From Takakia lepidozioides (taxonomy: Eukaryota > Plantae > Bryophyta), in NCBI GenBank assembly GCA_030704615.1, contig CM060731.1:67642001-67706000 (forward strand): 64,000 bases of DNA, in the 5' to 3' direction. The notes beneath the pieces were generated by a model. It worked only from the letters and a program-made list of their open reading frames with translations. It did no database searches and was not told the DNA's origin. A program made the translations under genes and the position numbers. Of the stretch, positions 48,356 to 59,425 are shown one piece after another (position 1 is the first letter of the stretch; each line of letters begins with the position of its first letter).

Positions 48356-48525
48356 ACAACCAACATGTAGCCAGTGGTAATGGGCACATACCACGTTGGA
48401 TGTGGTTGTGGGTTCAAACCATGGTCTGGTGTGTAATGAATTTGTCCACCTTTCAGCTGGAAGGCAGTAGCCCTTGTGGTGAAGTGACACCATAAGTTAC
48501 GCTCCCTTCGGGAGGCGTCATACTT
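48356..48525 (+). mobile_element. tRNA-derived SINE, copy 2
   Basis: GTAGCCAGTGGTAA A-box, GGTTCAAACC B-box; TSD TTTTGTTTGAGAG (48343-48355 / 48526-48538). Confidence 0.8.
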
Positions 48526-48634
48526 TTTTGTTTGAGAGTAGCAGGTCCCACCTTTTACAGAGAAGGATCCAGCAATGCATGTGGTTCACACCCATCGTGT
48601 TTTTGTTCATGAACAGGAAGTATGAGAAATAGTA

Positions 48635-48639
<5 letters not shown>

Positions 48640-48672
<33 letters not shown>
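48640..48672. repeat. (AT)n microsatellite
   Basis: Direct inspection. Confidence 0.9.
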
Positions 48673-48675
<3 letters not shown>

Positions 48676-50042
48676 AGTGAAAAATATTTATTGAACAATA
48701 GCTTCTTCATTGATTCACAGTAAAACCCTTTACTACATTTCAATGTAAACAGTCAATTATCTTCACTAAATCTAGTCATGGTATAGTAGAACCTATAAAC
48801 CATACTACTGTGCATATCTATAGACGCACCATCCAGTGAAATGTATAGTATTTCAATTTACCACATACAGTAAACTTCCAATAAGAGCAGATAATAATTT
48901 CACTAATTTAAGTGAACTAGAAATACTTGAGTCAAACTACTTGACGAACTTTCACTGTATATTCATCCAAAATCTGTTCACCTACTTTACTGTAGTCAAA
49001 TAACTTTACTCCGCGTCAGTCAAGCAGTCAAAGTGGTATGCCAGTGAAATGTGACAGTAAAAAGGTGGGACGTACCCGAAGGAGTCAAACAGATAGTTGA
49101 AAAACCCAGTTTTTGTTGTAGTGAGTGCTGAAGCTCGAGATTGAAACCCAATCTCAACATGCTCCACAAAGTGCACAAACTTGCACACAAAAAGAATCAG
49201 CTCTCTCTCTTCATTCCTAGCTCTCAGTAGCTTGAAGTTAGAACCCCCCAACGGGCTGAGACATGCATATGACACCCCCGCAACTCACCCCCGCAACTCC
49301 ACGGTCAGGTTGTTCGTCGTTTCTTGCATAAACCAACGGTTGCAATGGAAGCTAGACACCCACCACACTCGGCTGTTTCCATATATGGGTTGTCATACCG
49401 TTGAGGTATGTAACTATGCTCTTCAACACAGGCTGCCCGCCCCTCTTTCACTACCAAAACACTCAACCACCGATTTTTCCTTGTTCGATCGAGTTCCTGC
49501 CGACTCATATCATCTCTCCCAAACGGGTTGTTGCCGCTGCCCCCTCTTTATCCATGGGCGCGGCCTACAACCTATCTGCTTTTGATAGGCTAATGCATAT
49601 CTAATCTCAAAACACAAGTGCTAAAACTATAAACTCATATATGGCACTCACAGATCCGAGCACATCTTTCTCGAGTGATGAAAAAGAAGAACACAAGCTC
49701 ACACGAACTCTCACAAACTGATATAAATCATCACTCATATGTAGTCAAGCCTAGTGCATCCCACGCCATGGAGAATACGCACTATAGGCCATAGCCAGAT
49801 CAAATGAGCCACACCATGGCTGCTGTGAAGATAACCACTCTAGGTGCCTAAACATGCCTTGATCCCTAGATTGACACGTGATCCAATCCCAAGTGTCAAT
49901 ACATAAAAACTAGTTATTAACTAGCTAGTTTCACACTAGTGGTAAATTAACTTGACAACAATATCGGAGGAGTTTACCAATGTTGTACCGGTATCATATT
50001 TTTTTTAATACCAGTGGGATAATGGTATTGGATAAGAGCTCA

Positions 50043-51090
50043 ACTAGGGTAGCCTGTGCCGTTGGCCCAAGTATCCGGTATCATCAAGTCCTAATGCAAT
50101 TATCCCTATGTATCCAAGTACGTCTACTATGTCGAGGCATGTGTGTGAAGAATTGAAATCTAAGCCCAAGGGCAATCTCCTATGTATCCAAGTACTTCTC
50201 CCATGTAGAGGCCCAAGTGCGACCTCCAGTGTCCAAGTCCAAGTGCATCCCAAAGCGCACTTTGCTATTTTTGCAATCTCCCTTGTCGAGGCTTCATATA
50301 TTGATATATCCACTTTGCTATTTTTCAAGAATTTCCAGCGACCAAAAGCACTTGAAATTCCAAATCTGCCACATGATGGGCCAATCATAGCTCTAGGAAA
50401 GCCCACTTTGCTATTTTTTTTTGAATTTCCAGCGATCCAAAGCACTTGAAATTCCATATCTCCCACACCGCCAGCCAAAAATCATGAGACCAAGCCAGTG
50501 CACCCCTCCTCATCAAGGGCTTTCCAACGGCACCAAGCACCGGGGCTGGGGCCCCGCGGTTTGGGAGATCTCAACGATGCTACAAAAAAAACAAAACAAA
50601 CATCTTGATTCATATATTGACTAGGGTAGCCTGTGTCGTTGGCCTAAGTGTCAAGTGGCATCTAAGTCCAAGTGCAATCCCCTATGTATCCAAGTGCGTC
50701 ACCTATGTCGAGGCGCAAATGCGACCTCTAGGGTAGCCTGAGCCGTTGGCCCAAGTGTCCAGTGTCATCTAAGCCTAAGTGTAAGATCTTTTATGTATCC
50801 AGTGAGTCTCCTATGTTGAGGCCCAAGTGCAACCTCTAGTGTAGCCTATGCCGTTTGGCCCATATGTGAAGAATTGAAATCTAAGACCAAGTGTAATTTT
50901 CTATGTATCCAAGTGCAATCTTCTTTTCATGTATCCAAGTGCATCTCTCATGTAGAGCCCCAATTGTCCACTGTCATCTAAGCCCAAGTCCAATCTTCTA
51001 TGTATCCAGTGCAATTTCCTATGTGTCCAAGTGCGTCTCATATGTCGAGGCCCAAGTGCAACCTCTAGGCCCTAGGGTAGCCTGTGCAGT
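50043..51090 (-). mobile_element. Helitron-like non-autonomous repeat with tandem 3' ends
   Basis: Five copies of CTAGGGTAGCCTGTGCCGTTGGCCCAAG (minus strand: imperfect hairpin then CTAG|T); further copies at about 62795-62856 (inverted) and 63835-63905. Confidence 0.55.
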
Positions 51091-53005
51091 TTGATGTGCA
51101 GGTTTGAGAAGACTTATATAGAGCTTGAAAGTTATTAGTTTCTCGTGCAACGTGATACAATGCAGTGTCGACTTTTTGCCACAGGTATTTTACTACAAAC
51201 CATGTTTCATCCTTTTCTTTCTTCTCTTTTTGTCTTACGTTGGCTTACCTCTTTCTTGCTTGTTATCTGTTTATCTGTGGAAATGCAACATAACTAAGAC
51301 CTTGAAAAAACGAAAGTTATTTGAGGGCTATGAGCAACTTCCATCTTAGGATGGTTCAAACAACAACCCTGATATGAATGTGAGTATGAACAGGTCCATT
51401 CTGCTGCCCCATATCATCGCCGAATGATCTTTTTCATGTTACTTGTAGAGACTTTGTTTTCAGATCTGGACAGTCATGACTTCCATGGCCACTCCAGAAC
51501 AATGCCTGAAAAATTACCATATCAAACATGGTGATCTGTAAAAGCTCATCCAAAAGCTAGATTCACTCTGACATATACCTCAGCTTGAACATTAGAAACC
51601 TGAGATAGTGATAATGTCAATAAGTTGTCAAATCAACCTAATAGGCTCTGGCCATATTAAGCCGAGAAATTGAAAACCACAAAACTGTTCTCATAGAAAT
51701 TAGGGCATGTTCGCTTCTTGCTTTCTCATTTTTAGGATAAAAACGTACAGTGCTTAATATCGAGTCTCATAAAAACAGAGAGATCTATTACAGGCTATAA
51801 ATATTTGATAGCTATTAGTTGAAGTAAAAACCAGCAATGAAAAGTCCTAAAATGTTAAGCAAAGCAAAACACTTTGTCTAATCTGACATGCTATAGAATG
51901 AGCTCCATTTGAAATAAACAAATATGTAATAGAACTAGCTACTATCATAATAGACAATAAATCACATCTGAAACATATGCAGTGTCATGACAGTAACCTG
52001 TTATTGTGCTTGGTCTCTGATGACAGAGTTGGAGCATCGGCAAATTTGTGATGGCTGTAAGTGCAGGTCGCAATGGCTGACCTAAATTTTCATTGACTCC
52101 CTTGTCTCCTCTCATTCTTTCCAACACTCTCCTTCTTGATGCTCTCTGAGTAGGACTTAACATTCCAAGGTTTACACCATGATAGATGTTTGGATTAGCA
52201 GTCACCCCATTTTTGATGGCTTGGTGGAAAGCATTGCCCATAGCTCTGACATTATGTGCTTGCCAATAAGCCGCTCTTTGGCATTTCTCTATGGCTTTCT
52301 CACTTGCTTTCTCGGCTAGCGCCTTTTCTTCTCTCTCTCGCCATTTCTTCTCTCAACAGCCTTTCTCATAAGGGCTTTTTGTTGCATGATTGTTGTGTAC
52401 TCCGTAGAAGGCATGACAATGGAATTGGCATAGTCAACTAATGGCTCTTTTCCTTTTGTAGGCTTGGCTGGAAATCGAGGCAATGCAAAGAGGGACTGGC
52501 TTGACTGGTAAACATCTTGTGTGCACTGCACATCTATTTCTGAACTTTGTCCATTATCAGAAACCTGATTTGTGGCTCCTTGCAAATTGGCAGCAATGTT
52601 AGATCCCACAAAAATGTTGCATTTGGTTTTCTTCCATGTAACTAGCATCATTGGTTGGCTGGAATATATGTTCACTTGCTATGTCAATGAGTGAAGTGCT
52701 CTCACTAAGAGGTAGAGAAGGCCGCACACTTGTGTTTGTGTCCTCGTTGCTCCTCGATGCTTGATGTTTATTCGTATCAAGTGGACTATTTTCGATCATG
52801 GATAATAATGCAGCTGCTCCAGCAGTAGTATTTGCTTCAACCTCAACCTCTGCTTCATCATTCGCGCTCTCTGACCCTGTTTCAGGTTCCTCTGTTTCAG
52901 CATCAAATTGTTCAGAATGTCCAACTTTACTCTCCATTGCTTGAGGATTGAAAGACCAAATTCCGGTGGTGCGAAAACCAGCCCGAATATTTTGAGGTAA
53001 TAGAG

Positions 53006-53498
53006 CACTACAGGAAAAGGGGGGGGGTTAGCGACGCCTACCCCCCCGTTGCGCCTCTCCCGTGCGACGTCCCCATCTTGCGACGCCCAGGGCATCGCAG
53101 ACATACTGCCAAAATCCACGTTTTTGTGGATTTTGGCCAAGTCTTCCATTGCGACGCCTGACTAAAATTTCAAAAAAAACGTCGCAATTGGGCTACGACG
53201 CACTGCCTTGGTGCAACGCACTAGGGGTCGGCCCTTGGTGCGACGCCCAGGTTGTTAGTTGCGAGGTTGTGACGCCTTTGCAATGCCCTGGGGGTCGCTT
53301 CAAGCACCCCAGGAGAAAAGAAAAGAAAAGAAATATATATATATATATATATATATGCGACGCCTTAGGCGTCGCTTTTGAGTTTTTTTTTTTGCAAGTC
53401 ATTTTTAGCGACGGTTTTGAGTTTTTTTTTTTATAAGTCATTTGTAGCGACGCCTGAGGCGCCGCTAAAAATAACTTAATCATTTTTTGGTTGTAGTA
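53006..53498. mobile_element. CACTA-type non-autonomous element
   Basis: Starts CACTACA, ends TGTAGTA (terminal G>A), 3-bp TSD GAG, many GCGACGCC subterminal motifs. Confidence 0.7.
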
Positions 53499-54320
53499 GA
53501 GGGTGCAGGAAAAGCGACGCCCCTAGCGTCGCTTACATTTGAGCGACACGGGGAATATCGCTTTGAGGTCGCGACGAGCAACTCTTGCATGAACTACCTT
53601 ATGTACAATTAAATCATGAGTTTGTGTGTAAGTTCAGTAACTGATATGTCAGTTAGTATGAAGTGTCTTACTGTGTGTATAATCTAGTGGTCTTGAGTTC
53701 AAATTTGCTTAACAATACGTCGAATGAAATATGAATTCGATATGTGTCGGTTACTTGCAAAAACATGTTCAAAGGTTAGGTTTGACACTACGTGGCAAGT
53801 GTGTGTTCTACCATTTTTTGAACTGTGTGGATGCCGTCATCCATGCCTTTTCTTGCATTGCCATGCAAGCCCTTGTTTCACAGTCTTGAATGTAATCCTC
53901 CATGTTTCGTTAGCCTCTGAAAATGAAGTAATTAGGAATCCTCCCTCCCTCAACATTTATACATGCATTTACAGTCAACCATTCCCTAGACTTGGGTATG
54001 GTGCTGTAGATGCGAACCTTTCTTGGCAATGACCCTAGCTCCATAAGTTCGCCCAGCTTGACATCCTATTTCATTGCTATTCCATATGTGTGTGGAAGGA
54101 GAGTGATGCTTCATATACAACATTTTCAAAGTGTTGTGAAAGGTTTCACAATATTTGGAAGTAAGTGCTTTAGCCCTTGCCACTTCCAGCCCTTCAGCCA
54201 CTCTGATCGCAAGTTGTGGATGTCTTCTTCTAAACCACTTCAACCATGAGTGACCTAGAATGCTGTTGTGAAAGGGGTGGCTCTGATGTGAGTTAACTCA
54301 AGCACTTTCAGCTTCAATTG

Positions 54321-55270
54321 CATGGACGTTGAACCGTGAGCGGTGCGCGGGAAATCGTGAGCCCATAATATAAATTACATATGATTACGAGCATGGATGG
54401 GTCCTCAAAACATTAAGAAATGGGACGTATTTTCGCGGATTATTGCATAACAACCCTATATCCGAGGAAGCCAAAAAATGACGATATAAGGGTCATTGTC
54501 CCTGTTTTGTAGAAACCTGAATTAAATAAATTAAACAAAAAAACCATTGTTGTCTGGTATGCGCCGGCGCATACGAAATATGAGGGCCAATGTCCCCTGT
54601 TTTGTTAAAAACAAATTGAAAAACAGTAAAAAAAACACTGTTGTCTAGTATGCGTCAGTGCATATGAAATATGAGGGCCTGTCCCCTGTTTTGGAATATA
54701 TATATATACATGTATTATTAAAATAAAATTTTAAAAAATAATTGTCTTATAAGAAAACACTGTTATTTTGTACACGCCCGCGCATACGAAATATGAGGGC
54801 CACTATCCCCTGTTTTGTAAAACTAAAATTATAAAATTATAAAAATTAATTAAAAAATTAATTAATTTTTTTTTGAAAAAACACGGTTGTCTTGTATGCA
54901 CTGTCGCATACGAAATATGAGGGGCACTGTCACCCGTTTTGTAAAACATTTTTTTTTAAACATTAAAAAATAAAAATAAAAATAAATTAATGTTTAAAAA
55001 GAAAAAACATTGTTGTCTGATATGCGCCGGCACATATGAGGGCCACTGTCCACTGTTTTGTAAAACAAATTTTTTAAAAGTAATTATCAATTAAAAAACT
55101 AAAAAAATGTTTTTAAGAACAATAAACACTATTGTCTGGTATGCGCCGGCGCATACGAAATATGAGGGCTGTCCCCAGTTCTGTAAAAATATTAAAAACA
55201 AAAATTAAAAATGTTTGTTTAGAAAAAAACACTATTGGTATGCGCCGGCGCATACGAAATATGAGGGCTG

Positions 55271-55315
<45 letters not shown>

Positions 55316-55850
55316 GCATGAAACTGTTCTATGATTATTCCTACTGAGGATGGTGTGTTGCACAGAAGCTCCACGACTTTGTCTTCCTGCTAACTCTATC
55401 CGATCCTCTCAAACAATCAACCTTTAGATACACTGCCTACTCGACCCCTCTAGCGTCCGCCAATCGTCGCTTCCTTCCTCCTCCATGTCTGTCCACCTCC
55501 CTACCTGTATTAGATTCTTTCCCTCTATGATTGCATATGCATTATTGGGTGCGTACATGTGGCGGGATTGCATACGTACGTACACACACGACGTAGCCAC
55601 ATTCATCTATGTAGAGAACTATGCATCCACATCCATTATTTCATACCAGATAATGTTCTATTCAAACACAACGACATTCATCCATTTCCTAGCATGCAAG
55701 GACTTGGTATGTAAACCACGTCTAAATGGATGAAACAGATGGATGGAATGGATGTAACAGGTATGTTTTTGTTCATCGTGTCTGAAGTCATGTTTCCCTT
55801 AGCTTTCTCTCAGGCTCCTTTGCCTCCAGGCTCACGGAATAGCAGCCCTG
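54321..55850. mobile_element. Non-autonomous DNA element with 9-bp TSD and internal palindrome array
   Basis: TSD CTTCAATTG (54312-54320 / 55851-55859); degenerate 21-bp TIR ending CCGTGAGC; removal rejoins pogo HQLK-LKV. Confidence 0.75.
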
Positions 55851-57953
55851 CTTCAATTGGTGGACTGTAACTGAATAACCGATATCTTGCATGCGTAAAT
55901 TAATCCAGTCCACCACTTTATCTTCCTCTTCCACTGAGAGAACACCTTTAGCACCTACTTTTCTTTGCTTTGTTTTCCCATTGAGGTGATTTAGCAAGGA
56001 AGTATATTAAGGAATGTTCCAATGTTGACCTGCTTGTCTTATGCTCATGGTACCTCTTTCCACGACATCCATTGCTTCTTCCAGCGCATCATCATTTCAT
56101 AACCCTCTTTTTGTCTTGTCTTTCCCTCGTCTCTTGCTTTCTTGTTGACCCGGGGTTGTGGATGGTGGAGTTGGTGTTGCACAAAGGGGTTCAATAGGGG
56201 CTGGAGTTGCCGCTGATTTTGACCTGTTTGCTTTCTTCCCTCTTTTGTTGGTTTGAGCAGAAGCATTGCAAGCTGTCAATTCTGATGTATGACCACATTT
56301 GACAAGCTTTTTTTTCTTGGCCACATTTGTAGAGTTAGGAGTAGATCTTCTGCTAACCATTGCAATGCAGTATTGATCCAACTATAAACACATCAATGAC
56401 TAAGTAATTATATCATTTTCAAACTAGCGTCTAGTATTCGGGATGTCAATCAGTTTTACTGGCCACTCCAATCCACGACCTTTGTACCACTTTGCTAAGT
56501 TCAGCCTTTTTGGTTTCTCTCCTATATAAGGATGCTTCCCCAACAGACCTGTGACGCACCCAACTTTCTATAAATTCATATAAGATTTTCCTATGCATAG
56601 GTTTTGTAGAGTGGCTGACCTTCTATGAATTCATGAAATAATCTAAATTTATCCCAATCTAAGTCTTCTTCTTCCCCATCATTTTGTATCCCCTTAGGCA
56701 ACCACCTTTTCACTGACTCTATCATCTTCCCATAACGCACTTTCTTCACAGTGGATGTCCACTTGAAATACTCATAATCTGCAAAATGCTGCTTCACCAA
56801 GATGTCTACAGGGTTTTGTCCTAAAACTCGTTCCTTGTCCCTTGTCCTAGAACTTGTCCATTCCATGAACAAAAAACTATATGTGTGGTTTGAAGAAAAA
56901 GAGTCTCTGTCCATATTTGGAGATTAAGGGTTTGCTAAAAGAATATGAGGAGCATTAGAACAACTATGACAGCAGTACAAGTAAGGATATAAGAGAAGAA
57001 CCCATCATGCAAGCATAAAGGAGCTGAAGTTTTGAACTACTTTGCAAATGCTTGTTGCCGCCAACAATAAGAAAGATTCAAAACACATATTCAAATTGCA
57101 AAGCGCGCTTACTCAAAGTCAAAATAGAATCCGTTGCAAGACTGCACAATGACTAGTGGAAATCCTGAAAGTGTGTAATGTTTGACAAACCCCCCATATC
57201 ATGATAAAAACCCAAAGTTGTCAAGACCACATTCATCCATAGTCCTTTCATCTGTGCATGACCATGCAAGTGGGGTCCGTAAGACAATCAATCGTGCGCC
57301 TATTACCATACAATGCCTCGTTCAACAAATGTAACCTATTATAGGCCCACCCATGCCAAGTATTCACCCCATAGGTTGCCTATCAGACGGACCAGTAATG
57401 GGGTGGTGGTTATTCTATGCATAATGCCACTAGCACATTATGCCATTTGCACTAGCACATTATGAAACATAATGTGTTTGATTACGACTTGCAGGCCTAT
57501 GAGAGGGCGGCAGACTCAATCCTTTACGTTATGGAATGGCCGCAACATGCCATGATGGCGGTTTCGGCGGCAGCTCGGCGGCTGCTCGCCCTCTGGCTCG
57601 CCATCACCTTACCCGCCACAATGTCATGTTGCGGCCCATACCATAGTACATTATTGATATATCTCCAGTCGGCGAGGCTACAATAGCGGGGGAACATTCT
57701 GATTCCGTACTACCAATAACAATGGGGGAACATTTTGATTCCCTACTATTGTAGGGAATGGACAAGCCGCTCGCGAAATCTGCCTGGCGAGCCACCCGCA
57801 TATTCGCCAATGGCGCGCCCATTCCTTAGCGTTTTGGGGCCTCTAGAACCAATCAGAGGCTGCAGATCCCAATAAAGTCAAATTGACGAGTTATGCTAAC
57901 TCATTATGCGCACCCCGCGCATTCTGCTTTTTAATTTGCCTCTAAAACGGCAT

Positions 57954-58150
57954 AATCTGCCTCAAAAATCCTTTACGTACTAGATAACGCGCCCCCTAGG
58001 GTGCATTATGGCTCCTAGTGAGTCACTAGGACGAGGCCGATAGGCCGAGACCTAGGACGAACTACCGGCCTCGCCCTAGTGACTCACTAGGAGCCATAAT
58101 GTGCCATAGGGGGCACGTTCCCTGGCATAAAGGAATTTTGGGGGCAGATT
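57954..58150. repeat. Fold-back inverted repeat (about 85-bp arms)
   Basis: CATTATGGCTCCTAGTGAGTCACTAGGACGAGGCCG pairs with CGGCCTCGCCCTAGTGACTCACTAGGAGCCATAATG and extends outward imperfectly. Confidence 0.85.
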
Positions 58151-59425
58151 CTGCGAGGCCCTGATTGGTTGCAGGCCATAATAAGCCATTAAAAGTCAAA
58201 CTGCCGACTAGGAGAGTCAAACAGCCGATTAGCGCCAGCTCCGTGGAGCGTCGATTTTCTGCTTGCTAATTTGCCTAAAATATGGCAGAATCTGCCCCCA
58301 AAATCCTTTACATACTAGATAATGGCCACCGGGCGGACCCGGCAAGCGGCGGGGCCGCGAGCAGGGTCAACCGGTGGCCATTATCGAACGTAATTGGAAT
58401 GGGGGAGTATTACTGGGGCTACAAACCCCAAATGTTGCTATCAGAGCTACAATAGCCAAAAATAACTTGCCACGTGGTGCAATGTGGCAAACTCCCTTGA
58501 CAAGTGAAGGGCCAAACCGTGCGAAACGTTGGGTGGCAGCTGTAATACGACCCCATGTCCAGTTACGTGTAGGGGAAGGCCCTGAGTGGAGGGCCTTCCC
58601 CAACATCATAACCTAACCTAGCAGGGCCTTACGATACCTGCCAGCCTACCTGCCAGCCTAGCAGGAGCTTACAAATTTGTAAGGTACCGTACCTCCAAAA
58701 ACAGGAGGAATGTTCTGCTCGGTAATTCCAGAACCATTTTGGATTCCAATGATCCATGCGCCGAGGAGGTGTTCACTGATGAATCACAACCTGCATTGAT
58801 GATTCTGACCAGTAAGTTATGGGACGGACTTCCACCGCACCCTTTAAATGTCATGATCCGCCTGCATTGATAGTGTCTCGCATAACCGAAGGGATGGTTG
58901 GAGAGGATGGCAGTGCCTTATTTGTGTGTCTACTGTATTTCGATCATGAGTAAGTAGGACCTGGTGCTGCAGTGCATTTTGTTTGTCAAACGCATAGAGC
59001 AGGTTCTTCGAGAGTATGTGCGCGATTACTGCCGTGCAAGATCGGCTACGGCTCAGTGTTGCTCATCCGCTGGTGAGTGTGGGAGGGAGAGAGAAAAGAG
59101 GGGTGCATGTGTGTAAAGTTGGATCTCATAAACGAGTTATCAGTCTCCTAATCCTGGAGGGGCATGGGGCAATACTGACGCGTTGTATGCCTTGTCATGA
59201 TTAGTGGTTAGAAAAGTACGAAGGATCATCTATCTATGAACTCTTGCCTCCGTCTTGAGCTTGAGCTTGCGAGGTTATAGAGTATACTGTGGCCAAGACT
59301 TGTCGATCAACATATTGGGTTGTGGGTTGACAGTTGATTTCTTTGATAACATCGTCCGTGTCAGCACTAGGGAGGGCGGATCAAACCATTGTAAAAGCGT
59401 GGGTCCTTCTCTGCAATTCACAACG

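Larger units (their letters stand above)
51950..56380 (-). pseudogene. pogo/CENP-B-like DDE transposase, decayed and interrupted twice
   Basis: HLNGKTK..GVLSVEEE..VDWI (HTH), WFRRRHPQL..HIWN..E.G, REWLTV..KAWMT and NIRAGFRTTGIW..NP in the expected order; boundaries approximate. Confidence 0.75.

Noticed and set aside
48356-48430. tRNA gene
   Set aside because: A/B boxes are present but there is no cloverleaf; TSDs and a shared 3' body indicate a SINE
54545-55270. CRISPR array
   Set aside because: Eukaryotic context, no cas genes, and the spacers are mutually related low-complexity AT tracts inside a TSD-flanked element
56591-56914. 107-aa ORF upstream of the pogo remnant
   Set aside because: No recognisable motif; cannot support a call
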